Shown piece by piece: positions 8,550-16,607 of a stretch of DNA of 39,058 nt. Each line of letters begins with the position of its first letter. Positions within the stretch are counted from its first letter, which is position 1. The DNA lies in sequence record SRR22947727_2277. One strand, written 5' to 3'. The translations under genes and the position numbers were made by a program. The notes under the pieces were generated by a model. That model was not told the origin of the DNA. It did no database searches and saw only the letters and a list, made by a program, of their open reading frames with translations.

Positions 8550-9532
8550 GTATTTTTGATAAATTTTTAAGAATTAGAGAGCTTGGTATATTTTCTATAA
8601 TTATAATTGTTGTTATTGCTGCCTCAATTATTGACTCTCGATTTTTAACAATAGACAGTTGGAGAGCTGTTTTTTTAGCAATTCCTCTAATTTTAGTTAT
8701 GGCGATGGGTCAAATGATGGTTATTATTTGTAGGCATGTAGATATTTCAATTGGATCAATTTTAGCATTTGCTGCAATAACAATTGGTTTTGTTTTTATT
8801 CACTATCCCAATACATCTCTTTTTATGGCATTATTAATAACTGCATCAGTTGGCACAATTATGGGTTTAGTAAATGGAATAATTGTAACGCGCTTTAATG
8901 TTCATTCTATTATTGTGACACTTGGTACACTAAGTCTTTACAGAGGTCTTGTTTTTATAGTCAGTGGTGGCAGACAGATAGATAGAAATGATATTCCAGT
9001 CCATATAATTTCTTTTTCTCAAACATCTTTTCTTTTCTCAATACCTGCAATTTTAATTTTATCTGTAATAATTGTTTTGATAACACATTTAATTATGCGT
9101 CACTCAGTTTTGGGTAGAGAAATTTATGCTACAGGAAGTAATCCTGAAGCTGCGCACCTTAAAGGAATTAATGTTACTAAAGTTACCTTATTTTGTTTTG
9201 GGGTTTGTGGAATGCTTGCAGGTGTTGCAGGTCTCTTTTATGCATCACGATTTGGTTATGTTAATCCAGGCGTTACAGGTGTTGGGATTGAGTTCATTGT
9301 AATTGCTGGAGTCATTATTGGAGGCACCAGTATAACTGGAGGTTCAGGAAGTGTTCTTGGTACTTTTTTGGGGATTTTATTATTAGGAATTATAAATGTA
9401 GCATTACCTGTATTAAATATTCCAGGTGAATTTCAGAAAGCTATTTATGGTTTAATAATTGTACTCGCGTTATCATTAGATCAACTTATTATATTTAGAA
9501 TGAAAAAATTAAGTGGAGCCTCAAATGCTTAA
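8546..9532 (+). CDS. rhaP: Sugar ABC transporter permease
   Basis: Hydrophobic; DISIGS, GREIYATGSNPEAA and IGGTSITGGSG motifs; ATGA overlap with the ATPase gene. Confidence 0.8.
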   Translation: MSIFDKFLRIRELGIFSIIIIVVIAASIIDSRFLTIDSWRAVFLAIPLILVMAMGQMMVIICRHVDISIGSILAFAAITIGFVFIHYPNTSLFMALLITASVGTIMGLVNGIIVTRFNVHSIIVTLGTLSLYRGLVFIVSGGRQIDRNDIPVHIISFSQTSFLFSIPAILILSVIIVLITHLIMRHSVLGREIYATGSNPEAAHLKGINVTKVTLFCFGVCGMLAGVAGLFYASRFGYVNPGVTGVGIEFIVIAGVIIGGTSITGGSGSVLGTFLGILLLGIINVALPVLNIPGEFQKAIYGLIIVLALSLDQLIIFRMKKLSGASNA

Positions 9533-10505
9533 TAAAATTTCAATATATCTAAGTGAAAACCCCACACTGCGATATTGGATAATAAGGCCAGAATGGGTTG
9601 CTGTCATTTTATTAATTCTTTCTATAATTGCTTCTCTTCAGCTATCACCATTTTTTGCTGATTTAGCATTTATTATGGACTCAGCAACTCCTTATGTTGA
9701 GTATGGATTAATTGCAATTGTTCTGACATTAATCATTATTTCTGGAGAAATAGATTTATCAATTGCATCTATGATTGCTCTAACAGCTGTCATTTTTGGA
9801 ACTGTTTATAATGCTGGATTTGGGATGCCTTTATCAGTTTTGATTGGCGTTTTATCAGGAGCTTTATGTGGATTGTTTAATGGAATATTAGTAACAAAAC
9901 TGCAAATCCCTTCTATTATTCTGACAATTGGAACATTAACTTTATACAGAGGTATTGCACAAGCTTTAGCTAGTGATTTTTCACTTGGTGGCTATCCATC
10001 CTGGTTCATAGGTATTGATTATCGTTATGTTGGTATTATTCCTATTCCAGTAATTATTTTTACTGTCTTCGCCATAGTGGTTGGTTTTTTATTGAGCTCT
10101 ACCATTTATGGAAAACAACTTTATTTAATTGGGACCAATCCTCAAACTGCTAAATATTCTGGTATTAAAGTTGATAAAATAAAATTATTATTGTTTACTT
10201 TTTCAGGTGTAATAAGTGGTGTTGCAGGAGTTCTTACTACTTCAAGACTTGCAGTAGCTCGTTTTAATATGGCAACGGGTGCTGAACTTGAAATTGTTTT
10301 AATGGTTATGTTAGGTGGAACATATATTTTTGGAGGAAGAGGGAATATTTTTGGAACTTTTATTGCTTTTTGGATTGTTGTAATACTACGAGCGGGATTT
10401 AATGTTGCACGAATAAAAATTGAATCACAATTAACTATTTTAGGGGCTATGTTAATTATAGCTATTATTTTAACAAATTATATTTATTCTAAATCACAAA
10501 AATAA
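9525..10505 (+). CDS. rhaQ: Sugar ABC transporter permease (second subunit)
   Basis: GEIDLSIAS and LGGTYIFGGRG motifs; ATG at 9525 follows a GGAG SD and is preferred over GTG 9513. Confidence 0.8.
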   Translation: MLNKISIYLSENPTLRYWIIRPEWVAVILLILSIIASLQLSPFFADLAFIMDSATPYVEYGLIAIVLTLIIISGEIDLSIASMIALTAVIFGTVYNAGFGMPLSVLIGVLSGALCGLFNGILVTKLQIPSIILTIGTLTLYRGIAQALASDFSLGGYPSWFIGIDYRYVGIIPIPVIIFTVFAIVVGFLLSSTIYGKQLYLIGTNPQTAKYSGIKVDKIKLLLFTFSGVISGVAGVLTTSRLAVARFNMATGAELEIVLMVMLGGTYIFGGRGNIFGTFIAFWIVVILRAGFNVARIKIESQLTILGAMLIIAIILTNYIYSKSQK

Positions 10506-10518
10506 ACAGGAGACTAAA

Positions 10519-11259
10519 ATGAATCAAATAGATCTAAATAACAAAACTGCAGTTATAACAGGAGGCGCTCAGGGTTTTGGGTATTCAATGGTAGAGAGAT
10601 TTTCTCAATCTGGTGCAAAAGTTGTTATTTGGGATAAAGACCAAGAGTTAATTGATAGTTTAGAGCTTCCTGAAAATGTTAGCGCAGTTCAAACAGATGT
10701 AACTTCATACGATAGTGTTGAAAAGTCAGTAAAAGAAACCATAGACAAAAATAGCACTATAGATATCTTAGTTAATAATGCTGGTATAGCAGGCCCTAGT
10801 TTTAAGACTTGGGAATATCCTATCGATCAATGGCAAAATGTTGTTGATATAGATTTAACAGGAGTCTTTTATTGTTGTAGAGCAGTAGCTCCTCATATGA
10901 TTAAAAATAATTATGGAAGAATTGTAAATGTAGCTTCCATTGCTGGTAAAGAGGGCAATCCTAATGCTATGCCATATAGTGCAGCTAAAGCAGGAGTAAT
11001 AGCTCTGACTAAATCTCTTGGAAAAGAATTATCAGATAAAAACATAGCCGTAAATTGTGTAACACCAGCAGCAGCTAAGACGAGAATATTTGATCAAATT
11101 AGTCAAGAGCACATAGATTATATGTTGTCTAAAATACCAAGAGGGCGTTTTTTAAAAGTTGATGAACTTGCTTCTATGGTATCATGGCTGGTTTCAGAAG
11201 AAAACTCTTATACCACTGGTGCTGTATTTGATCTGAGTGGAGGAAGAGCTACTTATTAA
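10519..11259 (+). CDS. SDR oxidoreductase, 2-keto-3-deoxy-L-rhamnonate 4-dehydrogenase (LRA5)-like
   Basis: TGGAQGFG, NNAG and YSAAK. GKEGNPNA, TKSLGKEL, DYMLSKIP.GR and FDLSGGRATY resemble Sphingomonas LRA5 as recalled. Confidence 0.75.
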   Translation: MNQIDLNNKTAVITGGAQGFGYSMVERFSQSGAKVVIWDKDQELIDSLELPENVSAVQTDVTSYDSVEKSVKETIDKNSTIDILVNNAGIAGPSFKTWEYPIDQWQNVVDIDLTGVFYCCRAVAPHMIKNNYGRIVNVASIAGKEGNPNAMPYSAAKAGVIALTKSLGKELSDKNIAVNCVTPAAAKTRIFDQISQEHIDYMLSKIPRGRFLKVDELASMVSWLVSEENSYTTGAVFDLSGGRATY

Positions 11260-11268
11260 ATTTTATTT

Positions 11269-11297
11269 TTGACAATATAAAAATATTTTGTTTTAAT
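11269..11297 (+). promoter_or_regulatory. Putative internal sigma70 promoter for the phyH-isomerase-rhaM-gfo genes
   Basis: Perfect TTGACA (11269-11274), 17 nt spacer, TGn-TTTAAT (hexamer 11292-11297); ATG at 11306. Confidence 0.5.
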
Positions 11298-11305
11298 AAA
11301 TTAAA

Positions 11306-12202
11306 ATGATTCAAAAAAAACAAATAGATTATTATCATACAAATGGTTTTTTGGTAGTAGAGGACTTGATACCCAAAGATACACTTCAAAAACTTCAAAA
11401 CACAACACAAGAATTTGTCAGTAAATCTGCTTCAAAAAAACATAATGATGATATTTATGATCTCTCTGATGACCATTCAGAGAAAAACCCAAAATTAAGA
11501 AGACTTAAAAATCCACACTTAATTCATGGAGTTTATAAAAATATAACAACAGATGACTGCATTTTAAATGTTGTTGAAAGTTTGGTAGGCAAAAATATAA
11601 GACGTGATCATACTAAACTTAATTTTAAAGCAGCAAAAGGAGGAGAGTCAATTGAATGGCATCAGGATTGGGCTTTTTATCCTCACACAAATGACAATAT
11701 TGTTGAGGTAGGTATTTTTTTAGATGATTGTTATGATGACAACGGTCCATTAATGGCTGTTCCTGGATCACATAAAGGACCAATAGATGATCATCATTAC
11801 AAAGATAAGTTTATTGGAGCAGTTGATCCTTCATTATCTAATTATGATATCTCTAGTGCTATTCCTTTTTTAGCTAGTGCTGGATCAGTAAGTTTTCACC
11901 ATGTAAGAAGTTTGCATGGATCAAAAAAAAATAACTCTAATAAATCACGAAGAGTTTTATTTATTGGATATGCTGCGGCAGATGCTTGGCCCTTAACTGG
12001 TTTTAGGGATTTACCTTTATCTCCATCAACTTCACAGGATGACTTTAAGAAGATTTATACTAATAATATAGTAAGAGGAGAGCCTTGTCTTGAGGCAAGA
12101 GTTGAGATCAATCCAATTAAAATGCCTTATCCGCCTTCAAATTCTTTAGGTTCAATTTATGAAAATCAAAAAGAAGTAAGAGGAAGGTCCTTTGGAGAAT
12201 AA
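11306..12202 (+). CDS. PhyH-family Fe(II)/2-oxoglutarate dioxygenase
   Basis: WHQD facial motif, NGPLMAVPGSH, distal His in RSLHGS, 2OG-binding Arg in N.S.KSRR. Confidence 0.9.
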   Translation: MIQKKQIDYYHTNGFLVVEDLIPKDTLQKLQNTTQEFVSKSASKKHNDDIYDLSDDHSEKNPKLRRLKNPHLIHGVYKNITTDDCILNVVESLVGKNIRRDHTKLNFKAAKGGESIEWHQDWAFYPHTNDNIVEVGIFLDDCYDDNGPLMAVPGSHKGPIDDHHYKDKFIGAVDPSLSNYDISSAIPFLASAGSVSFHHVRSLHGSKKNNSNKSRRVLFIGYAAADAWPLTGFRDLPLSPSTSQDDFKKIYTNNIVRGEPCLEARVEINPIKMPYPPSNSLGSIYENQKEVRGRSFGE

Positions 12203-13017
12203 TGAAACTATCAGTAACATCATGGTCATTTCCTCAATGTAGTTTAAAAGAATGTATAGGAATTTCAAAACTACTTTCAATTAATGCTATTGATATTGGA
12301 TATTTTTATAAATCATCGATTGATAAAAAAAAATTACTAGAAGATCATAAAAATATTATTAACAAACTTAATAAATATGAAATTGATTATTCTAATTTAT
12401 ATCACTTATTTGGAAACTCCTTAGCAGATAGAAATCTTGCGATTAAAGACTCCTTAGAACAAAACTCTAAAGACCTAGAGATTGTTTCAAAGTTTTGTAA
12501 AGAATTAAACATAGGGAGTATTTTTATTCTTCCTGGAATAATTAATAAAGATCAATCTAGAAAAGATGCATTTGAAAATTCTTCTTACTCATTAAAAAAA
12601 TTAAGAGATGTGTGTTTAAAAAATAATATTGAACTTTTATTTGAACCACATGTTCACTCTTTTTTAGAAAGTCCAGAACACACATTAGAATTAATTAATG
12701 CAACCGATGGAATGAAAATAGTTTTAGATTATGCGCACTTTACATGTCTTGGTTGGACCCAATATCAAACAGATGTGTTAATTCAGCATGCAGGCCATAT
12801 TCATTTAAGACAAGCAAAATCAGGTTTTTTACAAACTAAGTTAGAGGAAGGAACAATTAATTTTCAAGCAATATTAGGTAAATTAAAAGAAATTAAATAT
12901 AAAAATTATTTATCAATTGAATATGTTCATCAAGATTATATGAATACATTGTATGAAGATGTGCTATCAGAAACTATTAAAATGAGAGATCTTATTAATA
13001 ACTGGAAGGGAAAATAA
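12202..13017 (+). CDS. Xylose-isomerase-like TIM barrel (AP_endonuc_2) sugar isomerase/epimerase/lyase
   Basis: Metal ligand pattern FEPH, LDYAH, HIHLR, SIEY. Confidence 0.8.
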   Translation: MKLSVTSWSFPQCSLKECIGISKLLSINAIDIGYFYKSSIDKKKLLEDHKNIINKLNKYEIDYSNLYHLFGNSLADRNLAIKDSLEQNSKDLEIVSKFCKELNIGSIFILPGIINKDQSRKDAFENSSYSLKKLRDVCLKNNIELLFEPHVHSFLESPEHTLELINATDGMKIVLDYAHFTCLGWTQYQTDVLIQHAGHIHLRQAKSGFLQTKLEEGTINFQAILGKLKEIKYKNYLSIEYVHQDYMNTLYEDVLSETIKMRDLINNWKGK

Positions 13018-13018
13018 T

Positions 13019-13333
13019 ATGTCAAACTACGCATGGGTTTTAGAAGTAAGACCTGGATATGAAGATGAATATAAAAAAAGACATGATGAAATCTGGCCGG
13101 ACATGGTTGAAATGCTGAGTGATGCCGGTTTAAGGAATTATAATATTTTTCGACATGGTTTAACTTTATTTGGGTATTTTGAAACTGATGATTTACAAAA
13201 ATCAATTGATCACATAATTAAAAGTGAAGTTAATAAAAAATGGGGAGAATATATGTCTGATATATTAAAAGCTGATATTGATCCAAAAACTAATTTTCCT
13301 TATCTTTTACCCATTCAAATGCATCTGGATTAA
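13019..13333 (+). CDS. rhaM: L-rhamnose mutarotase
   Basis: 104 aa; EYKKRHDEIWPDM, NYNIF, LFGYFE and KKWGEYM motifs. Confidence 0.9.
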   Translation: MSNYAWVLEVRPGYEDEYKKRHDEIWPDMVEMLSDAGLRNYNIFRHGLTLFGYFETDDLQKSIDHIIKSEVNKKWGEYMSDILKADIDPKTNFPYLLPIQMHLD

Positions 13334-13335
13334 AT

Positions 13336-14391
13336 ATGAATAAAGCAAAAATTGGAGTCATTGGAGCAGGGTGGTGGGCAACAGAATTTCATATACCTCA
13401 TTTACAAAAGAGAGATGACGTAGAGTTAGTAAGTGTATGTAAGTTAGAACAGGATCAATTAGATTTTGTAAAAAATAAATTTGGTTTTGAATATGCCTCT
13501 ACTGACTTTAAGAAAATGTTAGACTTTAGTCCTCTAGATGGAGTTGTCATAGCATCTCCACATTTTGCACACTTTGAAAATGCTAAAGCATCTCTTCAAA
13601 AAGGATGTCATGTACTAATTGAAAAACCAATGACAACAAATAGTCATGATGCTGAAGAATTATATAGATTAGCAAAAGAAGTTAAGAAAGAAATTCTTAT
13701 TCCTAATGGATTTAATTTTACTCATTATATGCCTAAGGCAGAGAAATATATTTCAGATGGAGTAATTGGAGAAATAAAACATATAGATGCAGCTTTCTCT
13801 TCTTCGTTAGTAGATTTATTTCAAGGGATACCTTTAAGTGAGTCTGAAGAACACACATTCCAACCTAAGGCATCTACATGGTCAGACCCAAGTAAAGCTG
13901 GTGGTTATGGCTGGGGACAGCTCTCCCACATGTTTGGTGGTGTATTTAAAATTTCAAAACTAGAAGCGGAGAAAGCTTTTTGCTTTTCTGTGCCCTCACC
14001 TACAAATGTTGATTATACAAATGCTATTTCAATTAGATTTACAAATGGAGCAACAGGATCTTTTTCTGGATCTGCTTTTGTTCCCAAAGATTTTGGTGGT
14101 ACTTTTTATATTACTATTCATGGGACTAAAGGTACTCTTTACTTAGATATGGAAATAAAAAGAGAAAGACTGCTTATTCGTTTGAATGATGGCAATGAGA
14201 TACGTGATGAAATTAAAGAAGGAGGGGGAACAATGGCTTATACTACAGAAAACCCTCTCAATACTTTTGTTGATATTTGTTTAAATAAGGATGTTGAAAA
14301 TCATGGTAATGCTGATATTGGTTTAAAGACTGTTAAGGTTCTGGATGCAATTTATCGATCAATGAGAAGTGAAAAAATGGAAAAGATATAA
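13336..14391 (+). CDS. Gfo/Idh/MocA-family NAD(P)-dependent oxidoreductase
   Basis: GVIGAGWWA, ASPH..H and HVLIEKPM motifs. Confidence 0.9.
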   Translation: MNKAKIGVIGAGWWATEFHIPHLQKRDDVELVSVCKLEQDQLDFVKNKFGFEYASTDFKKMLDFSPLDGVVIASPHFAHFENAKASLQKGCHVLIEKPMTTNSHDAEELYRLAKEVKKEILIPNGFNFTHYMPKAEKYISDGVIGEIKHIDAAFSSSLVDLFQGIPLSESEEHTFQPKASTWSDPSKAGGYGWGQLSHMFGGVFKISKLEAEKAFCFSVPSPTNVDYTNAISIRFTNGATGSFSGSAFVPKDFGGTFYITIHGTKGTLYLDMEIKRERLLIRLNDGNEIRDEIKEGGGTMAYTTENPLNTFVDICLNKDVENHGNADIGLKTVKVLDAIYRSMRSEKMEKI

Positions 14392-14413
14392 ATTAATTTT
14401 ATAAAAAAATAAT

Positions 14414-15169
14414 TTACCATTTATCAACCTCTCCAAGTAGTAATTTTTGAAGATCAGTTCCATTATTTTTTAATTTTGATGAAATTGGTCCATCAAAGGT
14501 CTCTCTAGATTTCATCCAAGAGTTTTGATAACACATCAAGCATACTCTTCTTTTAGAGTTAGACTTATTGCTAAGTCCTCTATGATATAACCATCCATTA
14601 AAAATTATCGCTTGTCCTGGTTTAGCCAAAATTAGTTTTTGATCAGGAAAATCAATATCCTGACTAGGAGGTTTAAAAAGAGCTTTGTGACTCCCTGGAA
14701 CCACCGCTATAGGACCATTTTCTTCAGTCAACTCATCAAGATAATAACCACAATTTACTTGTCCTGGAATACTTCCAAAAGGAGTTCCTTCTGGGTCAAC
14801 TGGCCAAGGGCCATCTCGATGCCAATTTTGATTAGGTGTATTGGGTTTAGTTACTCTTGCAGTGGCACTATGTAATTGAATGCAATGTCCTAAAATTGCC
14901 TCTATTCTTTTAATAACAGGATTGTTATCGAGAAGAGGAACAAACCGCTCATCATATTCTAATAAACCGAACTCAATATGATTAAGTTTATTTTCATCAT
15001 TTAAAGTATCATCAAAAGCAGCTCTTATTGTTGAGACTTCTTTTTCATTTAAAGCATTATTGACTATTAAATAACCCCATTTTAAAAAAAAATTAACTTC
15101 ATCTTTTAATTCTTGAGTAAGAATTGGATTTAAATTTTTTGGAATTATTTTTCTATCATAATCAAACAT
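14414..15169 (-). CDS. Second PhyH-family Fe(II)/2-oxoglutarate dioxygenase
   Basis: WHRD, ENGPIAVVPGSH and LYHRG..N.S..KRR motifs. Confidence 0.88.
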   Translation of the reverse strand: MFDYDRKIIPKNLNPILTQELKDEVNFFLKWGYLIVNNALNEKEVSTIRAAFDDTLNDENKLNHIEFGLLEYDERFVPLLDNNPVIKRIEAILGHCIQLHSATARVTKPNTPNQNWHRDGPWPVDPEGTPFGSIPGQVNCGYYLDELTEENGPIAVVPGSHKALFKPPSQDIDFPDQKLILAKPGQAIIFNGWLYHRGLSNKSNSKRRVCLMCYQNSWMKSRETFDGPISSKLKNNGTDLQKLLLGEVDKW

Positions 15170-15186
15170 AATTCTTATTATATTTA

Positions 15187-16560
15187 TTATAAATCAAAAA
15201 CTTTTCCAGGATTCATAATATTATTTGGATCAAAACTTTTTTTAATTAGCTTCATAAAAGGGATGTTATCAGGATGTTGCTTTAGCAAATATTCTTTTTT
15301 TTGAAGACCAATACCATGCTCTCCAGTTATAGTTCCTTCTAACTTTAAGGCCATATCAACTAATTTATCACTAAAATCTCTAATATACTTATATTCATTT
15401 TCTTTTTTTGGATCATAGATAACGGTTACATGAAAATTTCCATCTCCAACATGCCCTACCATTGGAGCCTTTAGTCCATTGTTTTGAATTTCATTTTCTG
15501 CAAATTGAATACATTCTACTAAATTGGATATAGGAACACAAACATCTGTTGCATAAACTCTTATGTTGTCACCCTGGGCTTTAACCGCATAATATACATT
15601 ATGTCTTGCTTTCCATATTTTATTTCTTTCTTCCGTTGTTGTTGCCCAAGCGAAGTCACTCCCACTATGACTTTTTGAAATTTCTTCAACAATTTCAATA
15701 GACTCTTTATTTGTATTTTCACTTCCATGAAATTCATAAAATAAAGTTGGTAAAGACTTAAGATTTTCTAATTTTGAATATTCAATACTAATGTCAATTT
15801 GATCTTTATTTAATAGTTCAATTCGAGCAATGGAAACGCCATATTGAATAATTTCTTGTGCAGTTAAAACAGCAGATTCTAGATCTTGGAATTGACATAC
15901 AGCGCTCATAATACTTTCTGGAATGGGGGATAATTTAAGTTGTACTTCAGTAATAATCCCAAGCGTTCCTTCTGATCCAACAAATAGATTAGTTAGGTTA
16001 TAACCTGCAGAAGATTTTTTAGCCCTTGTCCCAGTTGAAATAATATCACCATTAGCCAAAACCACTGTTAATCCCATAACAACAGTTCGCATCGTGCCAT
16101 ATTTTACAGCCATTGTTCCAGATGCAGAACAGGCTGCCATGCCGCCTAAAGCTGCGTTTGCTCCAGGATCAATCGGAAAAAAAATTCCCCTATCTTTTAA
16201 GTTTTCATTTAATTGTTCTCTTGATACATTAGCTTGAACCCTGCAATCAAAGTCTTCACCATTAATTGCTAAAATTTTATCAAATTTTTCTAGAGAGATT
16301 GTTATTCCTTCAGAGTTTCCTACTGCGTGACCTTCTAGTGATGTCCCTGTACCATATGGCACGACAGGAGTTTTATGTTCATTACATAATTTTAAAACTT
16401 TTGATAATTCTTCATTTGAATTTGGAAATACTACTGCTTGTGGACTAACAGGATCATATGCATCTTCACCTTTTGAAAAATTAACTAGGACAGATTCTGA
16501 AGTAGTAAATCTATCACCTAGTAAATCTATAAGTAGTTTTTGCAATACGATATTTTTCAT
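15187..16560 (-). CDS. FAD-linked 2-hydroxyacid dehydrogenase (D-lactate dehydrogenase/GlcD-like)
   Basis: PYGTGTSLEG, FPIDPG, GSEGTLGII, GHVGDGNFH, TGEHGIG and DPNNIMNPGK motifs; ATG 16560 preferred over TTG 16581. Confidence 0.88.
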   Translation of the reverse strand: MKNIVLQKLLIDLLGDRFTTSESVLVNFSKGEDAYDPVSPQAVVFPNSNEELSKVLKLCNEHKTPVVPYGTGTSLEGHAVGNSEGITISLEKFDKILAINGEDFDCRVQANVSREQLNENLKDRGIFFPIDPGANAALGGMAACSASGTMAVKYGTMRTVVMGLTVVLANGDIISTGTRAKKSSAGYNLTNLFVGSEGTLGIITEVQLKLSPIPESIMSAVCQFQDLESAVLTAQEIIQYGVSIARIELLNKDQIDISIEYSKLENLKSLPTLFYEFHGSENTNKESIEIVEEISKSHSGSDFAWATTTEERNKIWKARHNVYYAVKAQGDNIRVYATDVCVPISNLVECIQFAENEIQNNGLKAPMVGHVGDGNFHVTVIYDPKKENEYKYIRDFSDKLVDMALKLEGTITGEHGIGLQKKEYLLKQHPDNIPFMKLIKKSFDPNNIMNPGKVFDL

Positions 16561-16607
16561 ATAAGGCTCATATATTATCAAAAATAAAAAAAAAGGAAAT
16601 CTATACT

